A stretch of DNA of 64,000 nt from Nageia nagi (GCA_050084985.1 JBITNC010000001.1:26350001-26414000); one strand, 5' to 3'; shown: positions 47,461-61,508, numbered from the stretch's first letter. Translations and numbers: made by a program. Notes: generated by a model not told the origin, from the sequence alone.

Positions 47461-50200
47461 CACTAGATCTCGTGCCTTTCATCTCTAAATACCCTTCAAA
47501 AGTGTAAAGATCTAATTACAAAATCAAGTTCAAACAGCTCAACCAACACAAGTAAACCCCAATGTCTGAACTAGAGCATCTGAATTAAGCATTAAGAACA
47601 TAGGAATGCCAACGTCTGGCCAAGACTAGCAGATATCAATTATTACAAGCTCACAATACCTATGTCTGGCTCATACATGCATGAATGGATAATCAAATCA
47701 CAACGTTGAAATAATAAAGCATACACAAGACAAATATGGTGATCCAATGCCCAATGGTTGTATAAATGATATAGAATTATAAATGATACAATATTGAGCC
47801 CCAAGGGATGGACATCGGCCTCCAAGGAGCCAACTAGGGCACAATTGATGTCTCTCACTCTGGACGGATGAATGGTGAATGGGACAATCTTGCTTCCTTA
47901 GAACTTGAATCCTCTCCACCAAAGGAGCCCTCCTCAAATCCTGGAAACCACTAAAGGTAGAAGCTCAACCTTGGAATACCATCGGATGGGCTAGGGTGCT
48001 ACACCAAAGCCATAGACCAACAGGATCACAACCTGCTAATCCTCCTAGATGCTGCACCTAGGGGTTTGCTTAGCGTTGCGCTAAGACTCTTGTCCTTTGG
48101 ATGGTATCAAAGATAATAATAATGAAGTATATCCAGGAATGAGGCTTCAAGGGCTAATATAGCGTTCTTGGATCTGGATCTTACCCCAATGCCATCAGCT
48201 AATCCCCTCATGCCCCAACGTTGGCACCTAGGAGTCATACAAGGCTCAACGTGGGTATCTAGGCTTCCCTCATGCTTCAGTGGGTCTTGGTATGCATGTG
48301 TGGGCATCTAGGGGGACAACATCGATGTTTATGGGCCAACATAGGGCTCTAGAAGTTCCCCCAAGGATGGTGCATGTATATAAGTGCTTATCATCCACTT
48401 ATGTGCTAAAGAAACCTTGGGATTCCCACTATCATTTATTGGGATCTCCAAGTACATTAAAACACCTAATCTACACTTGGGAGGGAGACGTCCCACTTGG
48501 GCCTCACAGTGGGGTCCAATGACCCATTAAGTCTTCTATCCCGAATATTAACTTAAACACAATTAAATAATAAAATATAATACAAAGGGGAATCCGTTGG
48601 ATTCCATAATTAATTACAATAATGCAAGGGGGACATCGCAAAGCCTCCCTTTTCTAATTGCTTGCCTTCAAGCAATGGTGGAAGGCTGCAACATATTGTC
48701 TTCCAAGAATCCTTCAACCTCTTAGACTGCAATTTCTCATAGTGGAATGCAACTTCAATATATCCTCTCCATGATGGAATTCATATACGAAATGTTGGAG
48801 ATGTATCCTTATGTATCAACAATGCATTCATAAAATCTGATATGTTGTGGCTATCACTCCCCATCAAGCACCAAATGGCTGTCCTTGAGAAACTTGGGGG
48901 TGTATGCATATGGAAATCTTCGGGAGGGTGTACTTGCAACAAGCTTAAGTAAATCATAGGTGAGTATAAAGAGGTGGAGCCTTGGCTCCAAATCTGAGGC
49001 TAAGCTCTCCCTAAGCTCCACGTGGGGCACCAAACTCTCCCAATCGCCAATGTGAAACCAAAAACTTTCCCATCCTCGAACATGGGGTGCCGAGCTGCTC
49101 TCTAATGTCGGGTATGCCAACCTTCCTGGGTCCAACGTGGGGAGCCAATACTCCCTCAACCTAGTCGTCGGGTGTCCCAACCCCTCCAAACCAAACGTGG
49201 GGTGTCCAAATCCCTCCAGGCTCATTACCATGCACAAATATCCCTCAACCACCCTTGTGAGGTGTAGTAGCTCTGCTGAATCCAACATGGGGAACCCAAG
49301 CTTTTTCAGGCTCAACGTCCCACTCCCAGCCCTCCCAATGCTCCACATGAGGGGTAGAAGCTCCCTTTTGTCAAACGTTGTGTGGCAATCCTTCTCACAG
49401 CTCAACATGAGGTAACGAGCCTTCTCTGGGCCAAACGTGAAGTGTAGGAGCTCCCTCAAATCCATTGTGGGGTGGCAATCCTCTTCAAGGCTCAACATGA
49501 GGTGTCTAGCCTTCTCAAGGCCCAACGTATGGTGCAGGAAGCCCTCTAAGCTCAACGTGCCTCCTCCAATCTTCTTGGGATGCAACGTGGGGTATGGGAG
49601 TTTCCAATGCTCCTCTCCTCCTATCGAAACCCCTCCATGTTTCATGCAACTTAGCATCTTGCCCACTTGCTTGCCCCACTACCTTTAGTGTGAGGTACTT
49701 CTTACCCCATGGAGTGAAGCGATCATACTTACCAATGAGCCTTCCGCTCTAGATGCCTCCTGATCTAACATGTCCATGCCAAGATCCAAGTTTGAATCAT
49801 CTGTCTACTCATCGGAAAACACCTCAATGTAGTGTACCTGTCCCTTGCCTTGGCAATCGTGCCCTTGCTCCCAAGTCTTCTTGCAATAGAAGCACTTGCC
49901 TTCCTCCCTCAGCTTCCTCTGAGTGGCTGCATCCAACTAGTTCGTCCGAGATGGGGGGAAGGGTTTGGCCTTGCTAGACCCTTCTTGTCAGCAAAAGTCT
50001 TTCATTTGGCCGACTACTTGTATGTCTACCCTCCCTTGAGGGATTTCATGGTCGAATCTAGATCATATGCAGCCCGGATGGCATCGTTAAGGCTCCAGGG
50101 TGAGGATACCTTGACCATTCCCTGCAACGGCTCCATCAGTCCCTCTATGAAGAGGAATGTCAACCTTTCCTCAAGAATGTGGTGAATGATGACTGCAATC

Positions 50201-53104
50201 TGTTTTGCCTGCACAACACACCCCAAGATGCAACATTTTGGGGACCCTACTTTTTTTTTGAAGGCAATGGACGACATTGCTTGAAGATGACTAGATGATG
50301 GCCATAGTGAAGAATCAGAGTGACCAAGTGATGAAGCAATACAAGTAAGTACCCCCAGAGGCACCAAGGCAGTTCAGCACTTCTAGCAGCCATTCATGGC
50401 CCAGTTTCAAGCAACATCAAGCAAGATGCAGTTTTGGATCATGATAGTGACTAGGAAGGGAGTTTTTCACCAAGTGGCCAACATGGCGAAAAAGGTGCAT
50501 TTTTGCAGCATTCAAGTGCAAAAGTGCCAAGTTGACAAAAGGGTGCGTTTTTGCAGAGACTCAGCTCACAGGTGTTTAGTGCAACAGAAAAGCGCGTTTT
50601 TGCAGAATTTAAGCTCAAAGGTACCTAGGTGACAAAAATGAGTGTTTTTGTCAACTTTGAGTTTGGGTGCTTTGAAAATGACAAGGATGACAAAAATGGA
50701 TGTTTTTGTCAAAGTTGACCCCGGAGAGCTGGAAAAGGGCAAGTAAGGTAGAAAAGCGTTTTTTAGTTACTTTTGAGCATGGACATGGCCAATATGGTAA
50801 AAAAAGTGCCTTTTTGCAGGATTTGAGTCCGAAAAGCTCGAAAATTACCAAGAGTGACGAGTTGAGTCCAAAATGGTCAGAAATGCTTGAAAATGCTGGA
50901 AAAGGTCATTTTTTCACACTAAGGGCCCGGAAATGCCGAAAATGGGCAGAATTGAATAGTTTGAACCTGGAAATGCCGGAAATGAGAACTTTGAGCTCGG
51001 AAAGGCGGAAATGGTCATTTTTGCACCATTTGAGCTTGGAAATCATTGAAAATGAAGAGTTTGAGCTTAGAGGTGCCGAAAAGGGAATCGAGTCTGAGCT
51101 CGTAAAGGTTGGGAGTGGTCGGAAATGCATAGAATGAGTCCGAAATGGATCGAAATTTCAAGTTTGAGTACCCTTAGCCCAGACACATTTTTCCAAGGTA
51201 TTGAAGACCCAAGTAAGGGAAAAATGGTGCATGTTTCTCATAGATAAATGCAAATGGTATCAGAATTCGAGTCTAAGAGTGTATTCAGAGAGATAAGGTG
51301 AATTCTATCATAGTTCGGACTCGAAATTTTTAATTTTGGCCAAGACTAAGGCACTCATAGACTAGGTGCAGTTTTTCAAACCTATGGGAAATCCATAGAG
51401 ATGCATTTTGGCACCTAGAAAGTGGAGAAAAAATAAAAATGCATCAAAAATGAAATCTAAATGCATGAATGAGTGGAAATGATGGTTCTAAGCCACAATA
51501 GGTCTCAAAATTTTTGGTTTTGAGCAAGTAAAGACCCCTAAAATGCTAGGTGAAAGTTTCTAGATCTTTCTAAATCCATTGGCATGAAAAATGACGCCTA
51601 GAATATCAAGATGGAATGTTTTTTGACCAAAAATCAAGTTTAACTGGTTGGTTGATGAATGCAAAGATTTAAGGCAAAGGCCTTAAGCCAACTAAAGAGA
51701 ACAAATTTCTATCTTACAATCTCTACCATTATCAGCATGTTGTGTTGAATAATAGGGCAAGAAAATGATCAAGGATTCCGAAAGGAGTTTGTCAACTTCA
51801 TACATCATATCAGTAGAGGCAAGAGAAATCTTTGTGGGCACCAACTTCGAAGAAGGCATCACATGTGCAAATTGCATGTTAACCACCATAATTTTTGTCA
51901 TCTTCAAAAATTTTGTAAATCAGTAAACTGGGAAAGTTGAGCACCAAAACTCGACTAACCCTGCTCTCCTGATCAATTAGCTTGGCAAGCAAAGCATCAA
52001 AAGTCAGTTGACTTAGTTGTAGGAGGCAAATATTTAATATTTTAATATTTTTTTTTATAGAATTAGGGCAACACTTGGGAACCCTAGAAATTCTATAAAT
52101 AGACCCCATGGGGTCACTTTTATGTGGAATGAAAGTTTGGAACTTTTTCAAGAATGAAATTTTTTAGAAAAAGTTCAAATTTTTTGTAAAGAAGAAAATT
52201 GTGGAAACTTTTCTGTAACTCTTTTATAAGCTAATGCAAAGTGGTTGCTTATTTTCTCTAGAGATTTTGTCATACATGGAGTGGTGAATGGGTTTCATTT
52301 TGTGGTCTTCTTACATGATTCAAATATTTTCGTTTCTTTCCTTGAAAATTTGAGAGTTTTAGGAAAAAATAGTTGCTGAAACTTTAAAAAATATTTTGAA
52401 TTGCTCTAAGTTTGCCATCTTTTGCCTCTTTCATATTCAAACAAATGTATTCTGAAGTTGTTTCTTTTCTATATCCTATTTGAAGCTTTCATTCAAACTT
52501 GGTTCCAAAGCGTGCGTTCTACGGTAAGTTTCTTCAATTGCATCGGTCCTATTTGCGAAGTACCGATAATCGGTCATTTTTTTTTGCTCTAGATTCAAAG
52601 CTGATTGGACAATGGTCATTCACCTTAAACTAGATTGAATGAACAAAAACTTCCTAATTGATTAGAAAACGTTTCATTTTAGACAATGCTTTGTTGTGAC
52701 AGTCGCCTTGTGATCTAACCAGTATTGGATCATTCTCGCCTTTTTCATTGTTTTGATCTAACCAGTATTGGATCATTCTCACCTTTTTCTTTGTTTTATT
52801 TGCTTATTTTTATCTTTCGTGCATTCTTTTTTTACAAAACCAGATAAACTTTCAATCATCGCAAAAACAACTTGTCCCTAAAAGAACGTGAGTTAACAGC
52901 CTCTACCTCCATCCAAACCAGTTGAGTTCATTCCCCAAAACCATATAAAATTGTGCTACTTCAACGGGAACACGACCAAACCTTGGGGTTTCAGTCCTTT
53001 CAAGAGGAGGTAAGTTAGGCTATCTCACCTAAATGTTGGGTGCTTTACCCTTCTCGATTGTGTGTAGGCGATCATAGGCGGGTAGGAAAGGTTTCATCCC
53101 AACA
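50201..53104 (+). mobile_element. 2.9-kb solo LTR (Tat/Ogre-like)
   Basis: TG...CCCAACA with perfect TSD CAATC; TATA CTATAAATAG at about 52093; homologous to 57530-58760 (rc). Confidence 0.92.
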
Positions 53105-53214
53105 CAATCTTTTGAAATTTTGATACATACTCATCCACTGCACCTTGCTGTCTCAGAGATGTAAAATCTCAGAAGTAATCATTCTCCTTCTTTTGATTGA
53201 ACCTTTTCACCAAT

Positions 53215-54394
53215 TGTGATGTCCCCTTTGCATCATTGTAAATAATGATGGAATCCAACATATTCCTCTTTGTAATATATTTTATTATTGTATTATCTTT
53301 TAAGTTATTGCTTGGGATAGAAGATTTAATGGGTCAATGGATCCCATTGTGAGCCCCAAGTGAAACGTCTCCCTCCCAAGCATAGATTAGGAGTCTTAGT
53401 GTACTTGGAGATCCCGATCATGATTGTGGGAATACCAAGGTCTATTTAGCACTTAGGAGATGGAATGACCACTTATGTACATGCGCCACCCTTGGGGAGA
53501 CTCCTAGACCCCACGTTGGCCCATGATGACACCTAGCCCCCACGCATGGCTCCTAGACCCACGTTAGGCATGCGTGGCATTCTAGACCCCCACGTTGGCA
53601 CTTATGACACTCAGGGTCCCCACGTTGGCATGCTTGATCTCTAGGCAACCACGTTGGGCATTCTGGGCTCTTGAGGAGGTTAACGTTGGATTAGAGAAGC
53701 AGGGAATGATTCCTAGGTGAGATCCATATCCAACCAAGTGTTATAAAAAGGACATTGGAGCCTCATTACTGGATATGCTTGATTATTATTACACTCATGT
53801 CGTCCAGAGGACAAGAAGAGTTAGCGGTGCTAAGCAAAGCCCTTGGTGCAGCTTCTAGGAGGGCTATCAGGTTGAGGGATCCTGTTAGTGTATGACATTG
53901 GTGCAACACCTTTGTCCATCCAGTGGTATTCTGAGGTTGAGCTTCTGCCATTCAATTGGCCGCCAAGATTAGAGGAGGGCTCCTTCGATGGAGAGGATTC
54001 GGGTTCTAAGGGAGCTAGACTGTCCCATCCGTTCGTCCAGTTTAAATATTTACATTGTGCTCTAGTTGGTTTCTTAGAGGCCAATGTCTAACTCTGGGAG
54101 CTCAACATTGTATTGTATTTCATCTCATATCATAATACAACCATTGGGCCATTTGATCTCCATTTTATATTATGTACTTGCTCATTTTTGCAACCTTGAG
54201 GTATCTTTGCATGTATGCGATTGTATGAGCCATACGTTGGCATTTTCTATTGTTGTATATTGCTATCTGCCAGTTTGGGCTAGATGTTGGCTTTGTAGTG
54301 TTGTTCATGCAATTTCTAGATGCCGTAGACCAAGTTAGGGTTTGATTAATTGAATTTGCTAATTATATTTAAGATTGCATTTTGGATCATTACA
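53215..54394 (+). mobile_element. Solo LTR (chromovirus-type family)
   Basis: TGTGATG...ATTACA with perfect TSD CCAAT, inside gag. Confidence 0.93.
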
Positions 54395-55142
54395 CCAATC
54401 GTCTAGCAAACTCATCAAAAAAGGTAATGATTGAGTAATCTTGGCTGATTACTCCATGCTGGCACCATTCAAGAGTACCACCTTCAAAGTTTAATGATGC
54501 AAAGTGAATTGCATCCTCCTCCACCATATTCGGGTTTAAGGTGAAGTAGTATGTAGCTGATGTAGCCAAGCCCTAGCCGTCATTTTCTTCCGTCATACAT
54601 GTGTCCCTGCATTTTGTTTATTTTTTGCAGCAGGTTTCTCTTATCTTCCCACAAGCTGCAGGTCTCTCTTATCCTCCCATGAGTTGCTTAGGGTGTGTGG
54701 ACCGTACGAATTGTTCCCCTTCAAACCTAGTATCTCCCTTTCTTCAGCTGTCATCTCAGCTCTAGGGATTTCTTTTCCAGAATCTCTTTTTTTTTCTACC
54801 CCAGACCCACCTGCCATAGCTAGATTTGAAGACTGGTTAGAGTTTCCTTTGCTTCTTGTTTGGTAGGGATGTACCATCAACTATCATAGGCTGACAGGAA
54901 AACTGCTATGATTTTTTTTTTTCTCAAACTACTGTCATATCTTCATCTCACTTCAGATCTGATCAGACCTGATCATAAACATTCAAATCTACCAAATCTC
55001 CTCAGAATAATGCTAGATCTGCCTGGTGTAATCAGATGAATGTCATAACTACCAAATCTCCTCATAATAATTCGAGATTTACTAGATCTCTTCAGAATAG
55101 TGCTAGATCTACCTAGATTTGATCATAAATTGACAGGAAACT

Positions 55143-56742
55143 AACTCTGATACCACTGTAAAGACCAACTGAAATACAGAGAAAATATTGCAGAAAATTA
55201 TACTGAAAATGTTTCAACCCCCTAGCTTCACAAAATAGAAAAAATAATAGCAAAATGACATCAACGAAATTGGATTTATTTATTGTTGAAACAAAGAAAC
55301 AGTCCAAAATGGGTTCTAGGAGTAATTGCACCCGATCTTGGGTGAATTACAACACCAAATTGGCCCAAAGGGTTGAGGGCTTTACTATAAAGGGGTCAAG
55401 TGTATTTTTTGGCTGTTGTAGAATTTCTTAATTTTTCTTAAACCCTCATTAGTCAGATCTAGCATGTAGAAGTCCAAAAAAAACACCACAAAATTAAAGA
55501 ATGAGCCTCTCCAAGGCTAGGCATCCCATCTTGAGGCAGATTGGAAGAGCAAAACCTTTTTCAAAATTGCTCCTTCGTCACAACTGGCAGATTTGTAATT
55601 CTGTCACAACCCCTCCACAATTGAAGCACGAATACAAACTTTGAACGGATTTGTCTCTAATGACTAGGTAGTTAGCTAACTGGCCTAGCCTCCGATGGAG
55701 AAATCCAAAGGGAACCCCAAATGTCCTACAGATATTTCCAGCAATCTCCAAGAGCCCAAGGAATACACCAGTATTCTCCCAATAACAATATTTTCCCAAG
55801 TCCAGAGATGCAAATGAAGCCCCTTAACTGTTTGTAAACAACACTTAATGGGAAATTAGATCATGGCCATTAATCGTCATGAAGGGCTAGGATTAAAACA
55901 TCTTCTTTAATATTAATATTCCTAATGAAAAGTTCTTGGTCATTGATCTTGATCAATGGTTGAGATTATATCTTAAAAAAATATACGTTCTAAAGGCTAT
56001 GATTTACTCTTGCCAACAAGACAACTTAAGTTCTTGCTGAACTCACATTTACCAAAAATGTTACTTTGCCAAAAGAATTTAATATGTCTTTGTCTTTGCC
56101 ATAAAAACCCTCCTAAATTCACAACCAAGTCCACTAACTCATATACTAACCTTAGAATTAAAAAACTCCGTTTAAATGAGTATTTTCCGTTTAAACACGT
56201 ATTTTCAACGGTCCCGTATTTAACCGTATTTTAAAAATACTTACCTTCTATAGTATTTTTTGCGTTTTTTTGCCCTTTCTCCCGTATTTTTCTACTGTTT
56301 TTTTTGTATTTGACCCCGGGCCGTATTTTCAAAAAACCGTATTTTTATTCTATGATACTAACTATAAGACTTGCAAAAACACCATAAATAAATTTTTGTG
56401 GCTGATTTTTGATAGTTACAAATGCCAAATACATTAAATTGACAGTTACAAATATGACATTTACAAATATGACATTTACAAAGCATCCCTAAATACATCA
56501 CTAACTCCATTTAACTAGCTTTGACCACAAAACATACCAAAATGTGTACAAAGCTTAAGGCATTTAATAAAACCTTATCTTTGTCACATAACACACCTAA
56601 CTCCTTAATTTACTCCACCAAGACATGTACTAACACAAATAACTCCCATATTTACAATAAAACGTGACAAATCACTCTAAAAGAGACTCCAAAAACAGAT
56701 AACATAATATTTATAAATTGGAAAATATTTGGGGACATTACA
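55143..56742 (-). mobile_element. LTR (55157-56742) with PBS-Met
   Basis: CTCTGATACCA at 55145-55155; terminus GGGGACATTACA shared with 11323 and 41116. Confidence 0.8.
56151..56354. mobile_element. hAT-family MITE (204 bp)
   Basis: 8-bp TSD ATACTAAC; TIRs C(T/A)TAGAAT(T)AAAAA; subterminal CCGTATTT repeats. Confidence 0.88.
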
Positions 56743-58566
56743 CAATATTTGTTGTGCAGTAGAGTACGGGTGATTGGAGTCAAAAATTTGTCTAGTTTTA
56801 TAAGAGGTTTTAACAATCTCTTATTTATTCGTCATGTATTAGCTATATATTGCAGTAATGTGAATTTCAAATCTTTTATATTTACCTAAAAAGTGGCCAT
56901 TATTCAAATAGTTTTACGTTTTCCTTGCTATAACCATTCCTTGCATATCCTGCAATCATTGTAATCCATGAAATTGTTCAATCATAGCACATCTTGTCAA
57001 ACAAAGTCCTTGCCTTCTTAATGCTCCCACATTTTGGTCAGGGCTGTTATCACAATTGCATACAAAAAAAACCCACATCTAATTATTTGTCCGTGAATTT
57101 CCATGGCCCATTTTAAAGCTGGAAAAGTTGCACATACAGCGGAATACGGTTATTGAATCTAGTCTGAAACCAACTGCATTTTTGAGAAACATTTAGACTT
57201 AAGAGCCTCTAAACCATGACCGTTGTTTGCTGTCTTGTGATCATTGCTATGCTAAGAGTGTAGTGTAAAGTTGTCCTGACAAATAAGACCTCTAGACATA
57301 TCTAGGAAATGTTTCACATAAAAGGGAAATTTAGGGCTACAAGATTGGGAAGGAGAAATCCACTTTCTCTAAATGCATTTTTGTAATCTTTTTTGTATTT
57401 TGGAGGTCAACATGTTAAGTAAGATTCATGAAACTTATTTTTATCTGTAGGCATTGTAATACAAGTTAATATAATGTCTTTGCTCCAATTTATTATATAT
57501 GTAAGTTTGAAATGATGTGTCTATGAGTGTGTTGGGATGGAAACATTTCCTATCGGTCTAGGATCGCTTGCACACGATCGGACGGGGAAGCATCCAACAT
57601 TTAGGTGAGATAGCGTAACTTACCTCCTCTTGAAAGGACTGAAATCCCAAGGTTGTTCGTGTTCCCGTTGAAGTAGCACAATTTTATATGGTTAGGGGAA
57701 TGAACTCAACTGGTTTGATAGAGGTAGAGGCTGTTAACTCACGTTTTTTATAGGGACAAAGTGTTTTTGTGATGATTGAAAGTTGTTTTAGTTTTATAAA
57801 AAAAAAGAATGCAGGAAAGATAAAATAAGCAAATAAAAACAGGAAAAGGGTGAGAATGATCCAATACTGGCTAAGTCACAAGACGATTGTCACAACAAAG
57901 CATTGTCTAACATGAGATGTTTTCTAATTGGTTATGAAGTTTCGGTTCATTCAATCTAGTTCAAGGTGAATGACTATTGTCCAATCAGCTTTGAATCTAG
58001 AGCAAGAAGCAGGGCCGATTGTCAGTACTCCGCAGACGGGACCGATGTAATCAAAGGAAACAACGTAGAACGTGCTTTGGAACCAAGTTTGAACAAAAAC
58101 TTCAAATAAGATGTAGAAAAGAATCAAATTCAGAATACATTTTGTCTAAATGTGCAAGAGGCAAAAGATGGCAAATTTAGAGCAATTCAAGATATTTTTT
58201 AAAGTTTGAACAACTATATTTTCCTAAATCTCGAGTTTTCAAGGAAAGAAGTGAAAATATTTGAATCGTGAAAGAAAGCCACAAATGAAACCCATTCACC
58301 ACTCCACGCATGACAATTCTCTTGACGGAATATGTAACCACTTTGTATTAGATTTGCAAAAGAGTTACAGAAAGGTTTCCACAATTTTCTCCTTTTACAA
58401 AAACTTTGAACTTTTTCTCAAAATTTTCACTGTTTGAAAAAGTTCCAAACTTTCATTCTGCATAAAAGTGATCCCATGGGGTCTATATATAGAATTTCTA
58501 AGGTTCCAAATGTTGCCCTAATTTTATAAAAAAAATATTAAATTATTACATAGTTGCTTGCTATGA

Positions 58567-59850
58567 TTAAGTCAGTTGACTTTTGGTGCTCTGCTTGCCA
58601 GGTTGATTGATCAGGAGAGTAGGGTTAGTCGAGTTTTGGTGCTCAACTTTTCCGACTGATTGATTTACAAAATTTTCAAAATTTTGGAGATGATGAAATT
58701 TATGGTGGCAAATTTGTGTTTTGCACGTGTAATGCGATGGTTGCCTTGAAGTTAGCGCCCATGAAGATTTCTCTGTTTTTGGCACTTGTGTTGAGAATCT
58801 CCATTATCCCTTATTTGCCATTAGATATGCGGTAATGGTCTTTGAAGTCTTTTTCATTTCAGTGTACCATACTGCCATATTGCTGCCATATTTGAGCTGT
58901 TTGTCGGATGTGAGGACATTAATATCTTCAGTTTCGAGGTAAGTGTTGATCATCAGCTGGACCTCATTTGTTACTGTGGAATAGTCCCTGTTGCGTCCAT
59001 CTTCCTCGATCAGCCTTAGATCAAATTGGTATTCCACTAGTTGTTTTTTCACGTCTGCTTTGAAATTTGTCCGGACTTGGATGAAATCTTGACATTTTGA
59101 AACAACATAGAACAATCAATCATATTGGTAAAAGAATTGATAACAATACTCCCGTATTATTGGCATGCCGACAGCTCTCCTTCTTAGCTCATGCATCACT
59201 TGATAACTATTGCCCCACTTGGCAATCAGTTCACCAATCCTGTCTTGAGTGACAAACGATCCATTGTCTTCAATAAAGAAATTAGTTATTTCTAGGAAGA
59301 ACACTTGAATAGCCTCCTTGGTTTTCTTTACTCACTCTTCCTTGACCGCTTGGATCCTAGTATTCAATGAGATCTGCTTCCTGATGTCTTCAATTGTTAG
59401 GTTAGCAACTTTGATATCAATGATCAACTTTCTCTTTTCAGCTCCTTGAGCTCCACCTTTTGTGATGTGTTCTCCTCTGTCAGCGTTGCAACATTAGAAA
59501 GTATTGCATGTTGCGTGCCCAAAGTTCCGATTGCTTTACATGGCTCTTCTTGTGTTTCCACCACTAATGCAAATTCTGCATCGGCATTCCTTTTCCTTCC
59601 TACGGCAACAGTATCTGTGACTACTGCTGATTGATTTAAAGGTTGGCACGGGCTTCAATGGATGATATGCTCTTAAGTTTTTTAAGAGCAAAGCCATGTC
59701 GAAATTGTAACTTGGCTCAGGATTAGCGACTATATTCACTTGTCTCTCGGGATTCCCTTGATGTTCGTCCTCTCTCCTTTTCTTCCTTTGGTCTTCATTT
59801 TCACCTTCATCCTCTTCATTTCCTCCATCTCATGCTGTTGACCTTGACTA
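58567..59850 (-). pseudogene. Disrupted second copy of the LTR accessory ORF
   Basis: IVANPEPSYNFDMALLLKNLRAYHP, ITNFFIEDNG..AKWGNSYQV, VVSKCQDFIQVR..DLRLIEEDGR and FENFVNQSVGKVEHQNSTNP are collinear with 62690-63910. Confidence 0.85.
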
Positions 59851-59915
59851 CGATCAACCCTTTGATCTTGTGCATCTTTTTTGATTTGTAACTTGGTCAG
59901 GTCGTTTATCAATTT

Positions 59916-61253
59916 CTACATCATCTTTTGCATCTCATAAAATTTAGGAGTTTGTACACTAGTCCTAGTGGTATTAGCCGTAGGATTTACAGCTGGGTTA
60001 GATGGAGATAAAAAAGGTGTAGTGGAAGCATGTTGTGGTGGATTAGGCATAGTGGGTTGTAAAAATGTAGAATTAGATAAAAATGTAGGATTGGGTGGTG
60101 GAGGTGTTGTATGTCGAAGAGAGTTATTCACAAAAGGAGTCATTTGTTGTTGATTATTTACAAATGAATTTGCCTGAGGCATGGCCGGATTCATGGCAAG
60201 ATTGAAATAGTAGCCATTGAATTCGGGTAGTATTGTTCTTTCAAAGAATTAAGATGGATGGAATTGGCAGACATAGGAAAATTTTGCATACTTTGTGGAT
60301 TGAAGTTTGAGGAGTATGCGTTGGAATTTTCGAATGCCTGTTGCATTCCAACATTTAAATTCGACCCATTCTGTGGATTGAATTGCTGTTCCATCTTGAG
60401 GGCTTTTTGCATAAGCCGCTTGTAGGGTGGTGACTGTGGGTTCTCTTCGAAGAAAGGCCGATGTCATAGTGTCCAATGCTCCGAAATATGCATCTAGAGC
60501 ACACTCTTTAGACACTTTGCATGGGTCCATCAGTTTGCTATACATCCTCTGAAAGCGGTTGTTAAACGAACTTATAGATTCTTGAGGTCCTTTAGTAATG
60601 AAGGCAAATTGACGATACAAAAGGATCGGTTGGATGGGTATTCGGAATTGATTGATAAATGCTTATTCCATCTGATCCCATGAAGTAATCGATCTCGCTG
60701 GTAGAGTATCGAACCAATGATGAGCATGTTTGTCGAAGGTTGCTGGAAATAGTGCGCATGCAACATCTTCATGTTCCACTCGCAATATAGACAATGCATT
60801 TCTGAATCACTGTACATGCTCTTTTGTAGTTATTGGGCTTCCGCGCACATACTTGGGCATATACAACACCAAGTTTTTAGGAAGTGCATTTGGTTGATGC
60901 GCAATTGCTACCGAACTTCCTTTCAACCAATTCGGTCTTGCAACTGCCATTGTACTGCTTTGATACCGAGATGCTTGAGCACCTTGTGATGCTGTTGGAC
61001 TACTCTGGTACTGAGATACTTGAGTACTTGGTAAGACAAATGGTTGGGGGATGAATTGTACTATTGGTTGCGTAATATCAAGGCCAATAACCGATGGTGT
61101 AGCAATATCCCTTGGTGAAGTTCGTTGCGGTGGTGGAGTATTAGACCTGGAAAGATTGAATTCTGAAATTGGACTACTTGGACTTTGAATCGGAGTCTGA
61201 TCAGATTTACTTGACTCCCTCTTGTCTTGCACGGACTTCAATTTGGTAAACAC
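59916..61253 (-). pseudogene. Retrotransposon gag pseudogene
   Basis: MPKYVRGS..KEHV..EHEDVACALFPATF..AHHWFDTLP..SITSWDQME..F, QESISSFNNRF and a P/N/Q-rich tail, with stops and frameshifts. Confidence 0.88.
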
Positions 61254-61490
61254 CTTGTGTTTGTGTTTGGGACCTAGCTTGGTAGATCAAAGAAAAATAA
61301 AAAGGATACAACCCTTAATTAGCACACAATTGTTCCAAGTTCTATACTAAAACCTGAAACCAGAGTTCGAAGTGATGAACAATATTCAGATCTCTTTGGA
61401 GCGCAAACACACGTTGGATCGAGGTTTGAGTTGAGGGTTTGAAACATAAATAATGCTTGTAGTTTCACCAATCTTTCGAACAATGTGCAG

Positions 61491-61508
61491 GCCCTCCTTC
61501 TAGCGCCA
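61491..61508 (-). promoter_or_regulatory. Primer binding site (tRNA-Asn)
   Basis: The + strand GCCCTCCTTCTAGCGCCA matches the 3' 18 nt of plant cytosolic tRNA-Asn(GUU) including CCA (recalled, not searched); it lies 6 nt from the LTR end. Confidence 0.88.

Larger units (their letters stand above)
47503..54910 (-). mobile_element. Second pol-less chromovirus-type element (3' LTR 47503-48640) carrying two nested solo LTRs
   Basis: PPT rc AAGCCTCCCTTTT at 48641; 30-bp array at 48990-49600; gag segments at 49700-50200, 53110-53214 and 54400-54880 are homologous to 32000-33770. Confidence 0.85.

Noticed and set aside
48854-49666. 270-aa LRR-looking ORF, and the 122-aa decapeptide ORF at 31157-31525
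   Set aside because: These are products of a 30-bp minisatellite, and the two copies are longest in different frames.
57259-57341. 83-bp TGTAG...CTACA mini-element
   Set aside because: No convincing TSD; could be a collapsed LTR or chance.
61491-61508. tRNA-Asn gene
   Set aside because: Only the 3' 18 nt with encoded CCA, next to an LTR end; it is a PBS.
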